DNA of 64,000 nt from the human T2T-CHM13v2.0 reference genome, Homo sapiens: the NCBI RefSeq assembly GCF_009914755.1, contig NC_060948.1; one strand, written 5' to 3'. This document shows positions 14,322-28,637 of the stretch, one piece after another (position 1 is the first letter of the stretch; each line of letters opens with the position of its first letter). A program made the translations under genes and the position numbers. The notes under the pieces were generated by a model. It made no database searches and was not told the origin of the DNA. It saw nothing but the letters and a program-made list of their open reading frames with translations.

Positions 14322-17300
14322 AATTGATGTGAACGGAACGGAATGGAATGGAATCCAAAGGAATGGAATAGAATGGAATGGAATCGAATGGAAAGGACTC
14401 GAATGGAAATCACTCGAATAGAATGCAATTTAATAAAATAGGATCAAATGTAATGGAATGGAATGGAAAGGAATCGAAACGAAAGGAATGGAGACAGATG
14501 GAATGGAATGGAACAGAGAGCAATGGTATAGAATGGAATGGAATCATCTGGAATGGAATTGAATGGAATGGAATAATATGAAATGGAATGGAATGGAATG
14601 GAATGGAATGCCCTTGAATTAAATGGACTGGAATGGAATGGACTCAAACAGAGTGGAATGGAAAGTGTGGAGATAGAATGGAATGAACTCCTTTGGAATG
14701 GTGTAGTATGCAATGCAATCGACTGGCAGGGAATCAAAAGGAATGTAATCGAATGGATTGGACTGGAATGCAATGGACTCGAATAGATTGGAAACGGAAT
14801 GCAAAGGAATGGAATGGAATAGTATGGAATGCAATGGAAGGGAATGGAGTGGAATAGACTAGAGTGGAATGGAATGGACTGGAAAGCAATGGACTGGAAT
14901 GGAACTTTCTTGGATGGACTGGAATCAAACGGAATGGAATGCAATGCAATCAAATGGCATGGAATAAAATAGAATGAAAGAGAATCAAATGGAATTGAAT
15001 CGAATGGAATCGAATGGATTGGAAAGGAATAGAATGGAATGGAATGGAATGGACTCAAATGGAATGTACTAGAATGGAATGGATTCGAATGGAAGGCAAA
15101 GGAATGGAATCTATTGGAATGGACTGTAATGGAATGGAATGGAAGGGATTGGAATGGACTCGAATGGAATGGACTGCAATAGAAAGGATTCGAATGGAAT
15201 GAAAAAGAATTGAATGGAATAGAACAGAATGGAATCAAATCGAATGAAATGGAATGGAATAGAAAGGAATGGAATGAAATGGAATGGAAAGGATTCGAAT
15301 GGAATGCAATCGAATGGAATGGAATCGAACGGAATGGAATAAAATGGAAGAAAACTGGCAAGAAATGGAATCGAAATGAATGGAGTGTTATGGAACGGAC
15401 TCAAAAGGAATTGAATGTAATAGAATGGAGTGGAGTGGACTCGAATATAATGGACTGGAATGGAATGAAATCACATGGAATGGGAACGAATGGAATGGAA
15501 TGGAAAGGAATGGAATCGAATGGAAAGGAATCGAATGGAAGGGAATGAAATTGAATCAACACGAATGGAAGGGAATAGAATAGACTGTAATGGAATGGAC
15601 TCGAATAGAATGGACACGAATGCTCAAATTAAATGGACTCGAATGGAATGGAAACGAAAGGAATGTCATCGAATGGAATTGAATCGATTGGAATGAAATC
15701 GCATAGAATGGAGTGGAATCAAATGGAATTGAATCGAAAGGAAAGGAAGCGAATGGACTGAAATGAAATGGAATGGAATTGAATGGAAAGTAATGCAATG
15801 GAATAGAATGGAACGAAATTTCACGGAATGGAATCAAACTGAATGGAATCAAATCAATGGAATCAAATCAAATGGAATGGAAAGGAATTGAATGGAGTAG
15901 ATGGGATTGGATGGGATTGGAATGAAATGTACTGGAAAGGACTCGAATTTCATGAAACGGAATGGAATGAATTGGAACGGAATGGACTCGAATGGAATGG
16001 AATGTCATGGGATGGCATCAAATGGAATGACATCAAATGGAATGGAATCGAATGCAATGGAATGCTATGGAATGGAATGGAATGCATTGGAATGGAATGT
16101 CCGCTAATGGAATGGATTCGAGTGGAATGGAATTGAATATAATGGAGTCGAATGAAATGGAATTGAAAGGAATGGGATCGAATACAATGGAATATACTGG
16201 AATGTAACGTAATGAACTCGAATGTAATTGACTGGAATGGAATGTACATGAATGGAATGTAATCGAATGGAAAGTAATCCAATGGAATAGAATCTAATGC
16301 AATAAAATCGACTCAGATAGAGTAGAATGTAATGGAATGGAGTGCAGTGCAATGGAATGGAATGGAATGGAATGCAATGGAATGGAATGGAATGGAATGG
16401 AATGGAATGGAATGGAATGGAATGGGATGGAATGGTATGGAATGGATAGTAATGGACTGGAGTGAAATGGACTGGAAAGGAATGGACTCAAATTGAAAGG
16501 GCTCGAAAGGAATGGAGTCAAATGGAATGGTCTGGAATGGAATGAACACGAATGTAATGCAACCCAATAGAATGGAATCGAATGGCATGGAATATAAAGA
16601 AATGGAATCGAAGAGAATGGAAACAAATGGAATGGAATTGAATGGAATGGAATTGAATGGAATGGGAACGAATGGAGTGAAATTGTATGCAGTAGAAGAG
16701 AATAGAATGGAATGCAAGCGAAAGGAAAGGAATGGATTGGAATGGAATGGAATTCATTGGAATGGAAGGGAATGTAGTGTAATGGACAGGCCTGGAATAA
16801 AGTGGAATGCTACGGTCTCGAATGGAATAAAAATGTATGGAATGGAATGCAATGAAACGGAATCGAATGTCATAGAATGTAATGGAATGCAAAAAAATGG
16901 AATCCAAAATCATTGACTGGAAAGGCTGGGTGTCGAAAGGAATTGACTCCAATGGAATGGAATCGAATGGAATGGAAGTGAATAGAATCGAACTAAATCG
17001 AATGGAATGGAATTGATAGGAACGGAATGGAAAGGAATGCAATGATTTGGCATGGAATGGAATCGAATGGCATCGAATGGAATGGAATGGAATGCAATGG
17101 AATGGAATGTATTAGAATGGAATGAACTTTAATGGAATGTACTCGAATGGATTCGACTGGAATGGAATGTTCTGGAAGTGAATGGACTCCAATGGAATGG
17201 ATTCAAAAGGAATGGAATCGTACGGAATGGAATCTAATGGAATGGAATTAAATGGAAATGAATCAAATTGAATAGCACGGAATTGAATTGAATGGAATGG

Positions 17301-17905
17301 AATGCAATGGAATCTAATGAAACGGAAAGGAAAGGAATGGAATGGAATGGAATGGGCTGGAATGGAAAGGAATCGAAACGAATGGAATGGAATCGAACTG
17401 AAGAGACTGGAATGGAATGCACTGGAATGGAAGGGAGTGTAATGGAAGGTTCTCGAAAAAAATGGAATCGAATGGAATGGAATTGAATGGAACGGAATAG
17501 ACTCGAATGGAATTGAATGGAATGGAATGGACTAGAGTGAAATGGAATCGAACCACAAGGAATGGACAGGAATAGAATGGTCTCGAATTGAATGGAATCG
17601 TATGGAATGGCATCAAACGGAATGGAATGGACAGCCACGGAATGGAATGCACTCGAAAGCAATGGAGTCGAAACTAATGGACTGGAATAGAATGGACTCG
17701 ACTGGTACGGACTCCAATGGAATGGAATCGAATGGAAGGGAATCGAACGGAAGGGAATCGAACGGAATGGACTCGAAGGGAAAAGACTGCAATGGAAAGG
17801 TCTCGAATGGAATGGAAATTAATGGAATGGAATGGAATCGAATGAAATGGAGTCAAAAGGAATGGAATCGAATGGCAAGAAATCGAATGTAATGGAATCG
17901 CCAGG
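14322..17905 (+). repeat. Repeat unit U5 (3584 bp)
   Basis: Anchor spacing 3584; n=9; GTACTAGA variant at 15067. Confidence 0.92.
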
Positions 17906-20900
17906 AATTGATGTGAATGGAACGGAATGGAATGGAATCCAAAGGAATGGAATAGAATGGAATGGAATCGAATGGAAAGGACTCGAATGGAAATCACTCG
18001 AATAGAATGCAATTTAATAAAATAGGATCAAATGTAATGGAATGGAATGGAAAGGAATCGAAACGAAAGGAATGGAGACAGATGGAATGGAATGGAACAG
18101 AGAGCAATGGTATAGAATGGAATGGAATCATCTGGAATGGAATTGAATGGAATGGAATAATATGAAATGGAATGGAATGGAATGGAATGGAATGCCCTTG
18201 AATTGAATGGACTGGAATAGAATGGACTCAAACAGAGTGGAATGGAAAGTGTGGAGATAGAATGGAATGAACTCCTTTGGAATGGTGTAGTATGCAATGC
18301 AATCGACTGGCAGGGAATCAAAAGGTATGTAATCGAAAGGATTGGACTGGAATGCAAAGGACTCGAATAGATTGGAAACGGAATGCAAAGGAATGGAATG
18401 GAATAGTATGGAATGCAATGGAAGGGAATGGAGTGGAATAGACTAGAGTGGAATGGAATGGACTGGAAAGCAATGGACTGGAATGGAACTTTCTTGGATG
18501 GACTGGAATCAAACGGAATGGAATGCAGTGCAATCAAATGGCATGGAATAAAATAGAATGAAAGAGAATCAAATGGAATTGAATCGAATGGAATCGAATG
18601 GATTGGAAAGGAATAGAATGGAATGGAATGGAATGGACTCAAATGGAATGGACTAGAATGGAATGGATTCGAATGGAAGGCAAAGGAATGGAATCTATTG
18701 GAATGGACTGTAATGGAATGGAATGGAAGGGATTGGAATGGACTCGAATGGAATGGACTGCAATAGAAAGGATTCGAATGGAATGAAAAAGAATTGAATG
18801 GAATAGAACAGAATGGAATCAAATCGAATGAAATGGAATGGAATAGAAAGGAATGGAATGAAATGGAATGGAAAGGATTCGAATGGAATGCAATCGAATG
18901 GAATGGAATCGAACGGAATGGAATAAAATGGAAGAAAACTGGCAAGAAATGGAATCGAAATGAATGGAGTGTTATGGAACGGACTCAAAAGGAATTGAAT
19001 GTAATAGAATGGAGTGGAGTGGACTCGAATATAATGGACTGGAATGGAATGAAATCACATGGAATGGGAACGAATGGAATGGAATGGAAAGGAATGGAAT
19101 CGAATGGAAAGGAATCGAATGGAAGGGAATGAAATTGAATCAACACGAATGGAAGGGAATAGAATAGACTGTAATGGAATGGACTCGAATAGAATGGACA
19201 CGAATGCTCAAATTAAATGGACTCGAATGGAATGGAAACGAAAGGAATGTCATCGAATGGAATTGAATCGATTGGAATGAAATCGCATAGAATGGAGTGG
19301 AATCAAATGGAATTGAATCGAAAGGAAAGGAAGCGAATGGACTGAAATGAAATGGAATGGAATTGAATGGAAAGTAATGCAATGGAATAGAATGGAACGA
19401 AATTTCACGGAATGGAATCAAACTGAATGGAATCAAATCAATGGAATCAAATCAAATGGAATGGAAAGGAATTGAATGGAGTAGATGGGATTGGATGGGA
19501 TTGGAATGAAATGTACTGGAAAGGACTCGAATTTCATGAAACGGAATGGAATGAATTGGAACGGAATGGACTCGAATGGAATGGAATGTCATGGGATGGC
19601 ATCAAATGGAATGGCATCAAATGGAATGGAATCGAATGCAATGGAATGCTATAGAATGGAATGGAATGCATTGGAATGGAATGTCCTCTAATGGAGTGGA
19701 TTCGAGTGGAATGGAATTGAATATAATGGAGTCGAATGAAATGGAATTGAAAGGAATGGGATCGAATACAATGGAATATACAGGAATGTAACGTAATGAA
19801 CTCGAATGTAATTGACTGGAATGGAATGTACATGAATGGAATGTAATCGAATGGAAAGTAATCCAATGGAATAGAATCTAATGCAATAAAATCGACTCAG
19901 ATAGAGTAGAATGTAATGGAATGGAGTGCAGTGCAATGGAATGGAATGGAATGGAATGCAATGGAATGGAATGGAATGGAATGGAATGGAATGGAATGGA
20001 ATGGGATGGAATGGTATGGAATGGATAGTAATGGACTGGAGTGAAATGGACTGGAAAGGAATGGACTCAAATTGAAAGGGCTCGAAAGGAATGGAGTCAA
20101 ATGGAATGGTCTGGAATGGAATGAACACGAATGTAATGCAACCCAATAGAATGGAATCGAATGGCATGGAATATAAAGAAATGGAATCGAAGAGAATGGA
20201 AACAAATGGAATGGAATTGAATGGAATGGAATTGAATGGAATGGGAACGAATGGAGTGAAATTGTATGCAGTAGAAGAGAATAGAATGGAATGCAAGCGA
20301 AAGGAAAGGAATGGATTGGAATGGAATGGAATTCATTGGAATGGAAGGGAATGTAGTGTAATGGACAGGCCTGGAATAAAGTGGAATGCTACGGTCTCGA
20401 ATGGAATAAAAATGTATGGAATGGAATGCAATGAAACGGAATCGAATGTCATAGAATGTAATGGAATGCAAAAAAATGGAATCCAAAATCATTGACTGGA
20501 AAGGCTGGGTGTCGAAAGGAATTGACTCCAATGGAATGGAATCGAATGGAATGGAAGTGAATAGAATCGAACTAAATCGAATGGAATGGAATTGATAGGA
20601 ACGGAATGGAAAGGAATGCAATGATTTGGCATGGAATGGAATCGAATGGCATCGAATGGAATGGAATGGAATGCAATGGAATGGAATGTATTAGAATGTA
20701 ATGAACTTTAATGGAATGTACTCGAATGGATTCGACTGGAATGGAATGTTCTGGAAGTGAATGGACTCCAATGGAATGGATTCAAAAGGAATGGAATCGT
20801 ACGGAATGGAATCTAATGGAATGGAATTAAATGGAAATGAATCAAATTGAATAGCACGGAATTGAATTGAATGGAATGGAATGCAATGGAATCTAATGAA

Positions 20901-21484
20901 ACGGAAAGGAAAGGAATGGAATGGAATGGAATGGGCTGGAATGGAAAGGAATCGAAACGAATGGAATGGAATCGAACTGAAGAGACTGGAATGGAATGCA
21001 CTGGAATGGAAGGGAGTGTAATGGAAGGTTCTCGAAAAAAATGGAATCGAATGGAATGGAATTGAATGGAACGGAATAGAGTCGAATGGAATTGAATGGA
21101 ATGGAATGGACTAGAGTGAAATGGAATCGAACCACAAGGAATGGACAGGAATAGAATGGTCTCGAATTGAATGGAATCGTATGGAATGGCATCAAACGGA
21201 ATGGAATGGACAGCCACGGAATGGAATGCACTCGAATGCAATGGAGTCGAAACTAATGGACTGGAATAGAATGGACTCGACTGGTACGGACTCCAATGGA
21301 ATGGAATCGAATGGAAGGGAATCGAACGGAAGGGAATCGAACGGAATGGACTCGAAGGGAAAAGACTGCAATGGAAAGGTCTCGAATGGAATGGAAATTA
21401 ATGGAATGGAATGGAATCGAATGAAATGGAGTCAAAAGGAATGGAATCGAATGGCAAGAAATCGAATGTAATGGAATCGCCAGG
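17906..21484 (+). repeat. Repeat unit U6 (3579 bp)
   Basis: Anchor spacing 3579; n=8; U4-like haplotype plus TACAGG at 19782. Confidence 0.92.
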
Positions 21485-24400
21485 AATTGATGTGAACGGA
21501 ACGGAATGGAATGGAATCCAAAGGAATGGAATAGAATGGAATGGAATCGAATGGAAAGGACTCGAATGGAAATCACTCGAATAGAATGCAATTTAATAAA
21601 ATAGGATCAAATGTAATGGAATGGAATGGAAAGGAATCGAAACGAAAGGAATGGAGACAGATGGAATGGAATGGAACAGAGAGCAATGGTATAGAATGGA
21701 ATGGAATCATCTGGAATGGAATTGAATGGAATGGAATAATATGAAATGGAATGGAATGGAATGGAATGGAATGCCCTTGAATTAAATGGACTGGAATGGA
21801 ATGGACTCAAACAGAGTGGAATGGAAAGTGTGGAGATAGAATGGAATGAACTCCTTTGGAATGGTGTAGTATGCAATGCAATCGACTGGCAGGGAATCAA
21901 AAGGAATGTAATCGAATGGATTGGACTGGAATGCAATGGACTCGAATAGATTGGAAACGGAATGCAAAGGAATGGAATGGAATAGTATGGAATGCAATGG
22001 AAGGGAATGGAGTGGAATAGACTAGAGTGGAATGGAATGGACTGGAAAGCAATGGACTGGAATGGAACTTTCTTGGATGGACTGGAATCAAACGGAATGG
22101 AATGCAATGCAATCAAATGGCATGGAATAAAATAGAATGAAAGAGAATCAAATGGAATTGAATCGAATGGAATCGAATGGATTGGAAAGGAATAGAATGG
22201 AATGGAATGGAATTGACTCAAATGGAATGGACTAGAATGGAATGGATTCGAATGGAAGGCAAAGGAATGGAATCTATTGGAATGGACTGTAATGGAATGG
22301 AATGGAAGGGATTGGAATGGACTCGAATGGAATGGACTGCAATAGAAAGGATTCGAATGGAATGAAAAAGAATTGAATGGAATAGAACAGAATGGAATCA
22401 AATCGAATGAAATGGAATGGAATAGAAAGGAATGGAATGAAATGGAATGGAAAGGATTCGAATGGAATGCAATCGAATGGAATGGAATCGAACGGAATGG
22501 AATAAAATGGAAGAAAACTGGCAAGAAATGGAATCGAAATGAATGGAGTGTTATGGAACGGACTCAAAAGGAATTGAATGTAATAGAATGGAGTGGAGTG
22601 GACTCGAATATAATGGACTGGAATGGAATGAAATCACATGGAATGGGAACGAATGGAATGGAATGGAAAGGAATGGAATCGAATGGAAAGGAATCGAATG
22701 GAAGGGAATGAAATTGAATCAACACGAATGGAAGGGAATAGAATAGACTGTAATGGAATGGACTCGAATAGAATGGACACGAATGCTCAAATTAAATGGA
22801 CTCGAATGGAATGGAAACGAAAGGAATGTCATCGAATGGAATTGAATCGATTGGAATGAAATCGCATAGAATGGAGTGGAATCAAATGGAATTGAATCGA
22901 AAGGAAAGGAAGCGAATGGACTGAAATGAAATGGAATGGAATTGAATGGAAAGTAATGCAATGGAATAGAATGGAACGAAATTTCACGGAATGGAATCAA
23001 ACTGAATGGAATCAAATCAATGGAATCAAATCAAATGGAATGGAAAGGAATTGAATGGAGTAGATGGGATTGGATGGGATTGGAATGAAATGTACTGGAA
23101 AGGACTCGAATTTCATGAAACGGAATGGAATGAATTGGAACGGAATGGACTCGAATGGAATGGAATGTCATGGGATGGCATCAAATGGAATGACATCAAA
23201 TGGAATGGAATCGAATGCAATGGAATGCTATGGAATGGAATGGAATGCATTGGAATGGAATGTCCGCTAATGGAATGGATTCGAGTGGAATGGAATTGAA
23301 TATAATGGAGTCGAATGAAATGGAATTGAAAGGAATGGGATCGAATACAATGGAATATACTGGAATGTAACGTAATGAACTCGAATGTAATTGACTGGAA
23401 TGGAATGTACATGAATGGAATGTAATCGAATGGAAAGTAATCCAATGGAATAGAATCTAATGCAATAAAATCGACTCAGATAGAGTAGAATGTAATGGAA
23501 TGGAGTGCAGTGCAATGGAATGGAATGGAATGGAATGCAATGGAATGGAATGGAATGGAATGGAATGGAATGGAATGGAATGGGATGGAATGGTATGGAA
23601 TGGATAGTAATGGACTGGAGTGAAATGGACTGGAAAGGAATGGACTCAAATTGAAAGGGCTCGAAAGGAATGGAGTCAAATGGAATGGTCTGGAATGGAA
23701 TGAACACGAATGTAATGCAACCCAATAGAATGAAATCGAATGGCATGGAATATAAAGAAAAGGAATCGAAGAGAATGGAAACAAATGGAATGGAATTGAA
23801 TGGAATGGAATTGAATGGAATGGGAACGAATGGAGTGAAATTGTATGCAGTAGAAGAGAATAGAATGGAATGCAAGCGAAAGGAAAGGAATGGATTGGAA
23901 TGGAATGGAATTCATTGGAATGGAAGGGAATGTAGTGTAATGGACAGGCCTGGAATAAAGTGGAATGCTACGGTCTCGAATGGAATAAAAATGTATGGAA
24001 TGGAATGCAATGAAACGGAATCGAATGTCATAGAATGTAATGGAATGCAAAAAAATGGAATCCAAAATCATTGACTGGAAAGGCTGGGTGTCGAAAGGAA
24101 TTGACTCCAATGGAATGGAATCGAATGGAATGGAAGTGAATAGAATCGAACTAAATCGAATGGAATGGAATTGATAGGAACGGAATGGAAAGGAATGCAA
24201 TGATTTGGCATGGAATGGAATCGAATGGCATCGAATGGAATGGAATGGAATGCAATGGAATGGAATGTATTAGAATGTAATGAACTTTAATGGAATGTAC
24301 TCGAATGGATTCGACTGGAATGGAATGTTCTGGAAGTGAATGGACTCCAATGGAATGGATTCAAAAGGAATGGAATCGTACGGAATGGAATCTAATGGAA

Positions 24401-25063
24401 TGGAATTAAATGGAAATGAATCAAATTGAATAGCACGGAATTGAATTGAATGGAATGGAATGCAATGGAATCTAATGAAACGGAAAGGAAAGGAATGGAA
24501 TGGAATGGAATGGGCTGGAATGGAAAGGAATCGAAACGAATGGAATGGAATCGAAGTGAAGAGACTGGAATGGAATGCACTGGAATGGAAGGGAGTGTAA
24601 TGGAAGGTTCTCGAAAAAAATGGAATCGAATGGAATGGAATTGAATGGAACGGAATAGAGTCGAATGGAATTGAATGGAATGGAATGGACTAGAGTGAAA
24701 TGGAATCGAACCACAAGGAATGGACAGGAATAGAATGGTCTCGAATTGAATGGAATCGTATGGAATGGCATCAAACGGAATGGAATGGACAGCCACGGAA
24801 TGGAATGCACTCGAAAGCAATGGAGTCGAAACTAATGGACTGGAATAGAATGGACTCGACTGGTACGGACTCCAATGGAATGGAATCGAATGGAAGGGAA
24901 TCGAACGGAAGGGAATCGAACGGAATGGACTCGAAGGGAAAAGACTGCAATGGAAAGGTCTCGAATGGAATGGAAATTAATGGAATGGAATGGAATCGAA
25001 TGAAATGGAGTCAAAAGGAATGGAATCGAATGGCAAGAAATCGAATGTAATGGAATCGCCAGG
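21485..25063 (+). repeat. Repeat unit U7 (3579 bp)
   Basis: Anchor spacing 3579; n=8; first appearance of the GGAATTGACTCAA allele (about 22214). Confidence 0.92.
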
Positions 25064-28000
25064 AATTGATGTGAATGGAACGGAATGGAATGGAATCCAA
25101 AGGAATGGAATAGAATGGAATGGAATCGAATGGAAAGGACTCGAATGGAAATCACTCGAATAGAATGCAATTTAATAAAATAGGATCAAATGTAATGGAA
25201 TGGAATGGAAAGGAATCGAAACGAAAGGAATGGAGACAGATGGAATGGAATGGAACAGAGAGCAATGGTATAGAATGGAATGGAATCATCTGGAATGGAA
25301 TTGAATGGAATGGAATAATATGAAATGGAATGGAATGGAATGGAATGGAATGCCCTTGAATTGAATGGACTGGAATAGAATGGACTCAAACAGAGTGGAA
25401 TGGAAAGTGTGGAGATAGAATGGAATGAACTCCTTTGGAATGGTGTAGTATGCAATGCAATCGACTGGCAGGGAATCAAAAGGTATGTAATCGAAAGGAT
25501 TGGACTGGAATGCAAAGGACTCGAATAGATTGGAAACGGAATGCAAAGGAATGGAATGGAATAGTATGGAATGCAATGGAAGGGAATGGAGTGGAATAGA
25601 CTAGAGTGGAATGGAATGGACTGGAAAGCAATGGACTGGAATGGAACTTTCTTGGATGGACTGGAATCAAACGGAATGGAATGCAGTGCAATCAAATGGC
25701 ATGGAATAAAATAGAATGAAAGAGAATCAAATGGAATTGAATCGAATGGAATCGAATGGATTGGAAAGGAATAGAATGGAATGGAATGGAATGGACTCAA
25801 ATGGAATGGACTAGAATGGAATGGATTCGAATGGAAGGCAAAGGAATGGAATCTATTGGAATGGACTGTAATGGAATGGAATGGAAGGGATTGGAATGGA
25901 CTCGAATGGAATGGACTGCAATAGAAAGGATTCGAATGGAATGAAAAAGAATTGAATGGAATAGAACAGAATGGAATCAAATCGAATGAAATGGAATGGA
26001 ATAGAAAGGAATGGAATGAAATGGAATGGAAAGGATTCGAATGGAATGCAATCGAATGGAATGGAATCGAACGGAATGGAATAAAATGGAAGAAAACTGG
26101 CAAGAAATGGAATCGAAATGAATGGAGTGTTATGGAACGGACTCAAAAGGAATTGAATGTAATAGAATGGAGTCTAGTGGACTCGAATATAATGGACTGG
26201 AATGGAATGAAATCACATGGAATGGGAACGAATGGAATGGAATGGAAAGGAATGGAATCGAATGGAAAGGAATCGAATGGAAGGGAATGAAATTGAGTCA
26301 ACACGAATGGAAGGGAATAGAATAGACTGTAATGGAATGGACTCGAATAGAATGGACACGAATGCTCAAATTAAATGGACTCGAATGGAATGGAAACGAA
26401 AGGAATGTCATCGAATGGAATTGAATCGATTGGAATGAAATCGCATAGAATGGAGTGGAATCAAATGGAATTGAATCGAAAGGAAAGGAAGCGAATGGAC
26501 TGAAATGAAATGGAATGGAATTGAATGGAAAGTAATGCAATGGAATAGAATGGAACGAAATTTCACGGAATGGAATCAAACTGAATGGAATCAAATCAGT
26601 GGAATCAAATCAAATGGAATGGAAAGGAATTGAATGGAGTAGATGGGATTGGATGGGATTGGAATGAAATGTACTGGAAAGGACTCGAATTTCATGAAAC
26701 GGAATGGAATGAATTGGAACGGAATGGACTCGAATGGAATGGAATGTCATGGGATGGCATCAAATGGAATGACATCAAATGGAATGGAATCGAATGCAAT
26801 GGAATGCTATGGAATGGAATGGAATGCATTGGAATGGAATGTCCGCTAATGGAATGGATTCGAGTGGAATGGAATTGAATATAATGGAGTCGAATGAAAT
26901 GGAATTGAAAGGAATGGGATCGAATACAATGGAATATACTGGAATGTAACGTAATGAACTGGAATGTAATTGACTGGAATGGAATGTACATGAATGGAAT
27001 GTAATCGAATGGAAAGTAATCCAATGGAATAGAATCTAATGCAATAAAATCGACTCAGATAGAGTAGAATGTAATGGAATGGAGTGCAGTGCAATGGAAT
27101 GGAATGGAATGGAATGCAATGGAATGGAATGGAATGGAATGGAATGGAATGGAATGGGATGGAATGGTATGGAATGGATAGTAATGGACTGGAGTGAAAT
27201 GGACTGGAAAGGAATGGACTCAAATTGAAAGGGCTCGAAAGGAATGGAGTCAAATGGAATGGTCTGGAATGGAATGAACACGAATGTAATGCAACCCAAT
27301 AGAATGGAATCGAATGGCATGGAATATAAAGAAATGGAATCGAAGAGAATGGAAACAAATGGAATGGAATTGAATGGAATGGAATTGAATGGAATGGGAA
27401 CGAATGGAGTGAAATTGTATGCAGTAGAAGAGAATAGAATGGAATGCAAGCGAAAGGAAAGGAATGGATTGGAATGGAATGGAATTCATTGGAATGGAAG
27501 GGAATGTAGTGTAATGGACAGGCCTGGAATAAAGTGGAATGCTACGGTCTCGAATGGAATAAAAATGTATGGAATGGAATGCAATGAAACGGAATCGAAT
27601 GTCATAGAATGTAATGGAATGCAAAAAAATGGAATCCAAAATCATTGACTGGAAAGGCTGGGTGTCGAAAGGAATTGACTCCAATGGAATGGAATCGAAT
27701 GGAATGGAAGTGAATAGAATCGAACTAAATCGAATGGAATGGAATTGATAGGAACGGAATGGAAAGGAATGCAATGATTTGGCATGGAATGGAATCGAAT
27801 GGCATCGAATGGAATGGAATGGAATGCAATGGAATGGAATGTATTAGAATGTAATGAACTTTAATGGAATGTACTCGAATGGATTCGACTGGAATGGAAT
27901 GTTCTGGAAGTGAATGGACTCCAATGGAATGGATTCAAAAGGAATGGAATCGTACGGAATGGAATCTAATGGAATGGAATTAAATGGAAATGAATCAAAT

Positions 28001-28637
28001 TGAATAGCACGGAATTGAATTGAATGGAATGGAATGCAATGGAATCTAATGAAACGGAAAGGAAAGGAATGGAATGGAATGGAATGGGCTGGAATGGAAA
28101 GGAATCGAAACGAATGGAATGGAATCGAAGTGAAGAGACTGGAATGGAATGCACTGGAATGGAAGGGAGTGTAATGGAAGGTTCTCGAAAAAAATGGAAT
28201 CGAATGGAATGGAATTGAATGGAACGGAATAGAGTCGAATGGAATTGAATGGAATGGAATGGACTAGAGTGAAATGGAATCGAACCACAAGGAATGGACA
28301 GGAATAGAATGGTCTCGAATTGAATGGAATCGTATGGAATGGCATCAAACGGAATGGAATGGACAGCCACGGAATGGAATGCACTCGAAAGCAATGGAGT
28401 CGAAACTAATGGACTGGAATAGAATGGACTCGACTGGTACGGACTCCAATGGAATGGAATCGAATGGAAGGGAATCGAACGGAAGGGAATCGAACGGAAT
28501 GGACTCGAAGGGAAAAGACTGCAATGGAAAGGTCTCGAATGGAATGGAAATTAATGGAATGGAATGGAATCGAATGAAATGGAGTCAAAAGGAATGGAAT
28601 CGAATGGCAAGAAATCGAATGTAATGGAATCGCCAGG
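25064..28637 (+). repeat. Repeat unit U8 (3574 bp)
   Basis: Anchor spacing 3574; n=7; GGAGTCTAGT at 26174-26175. Confidence 0.92.
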
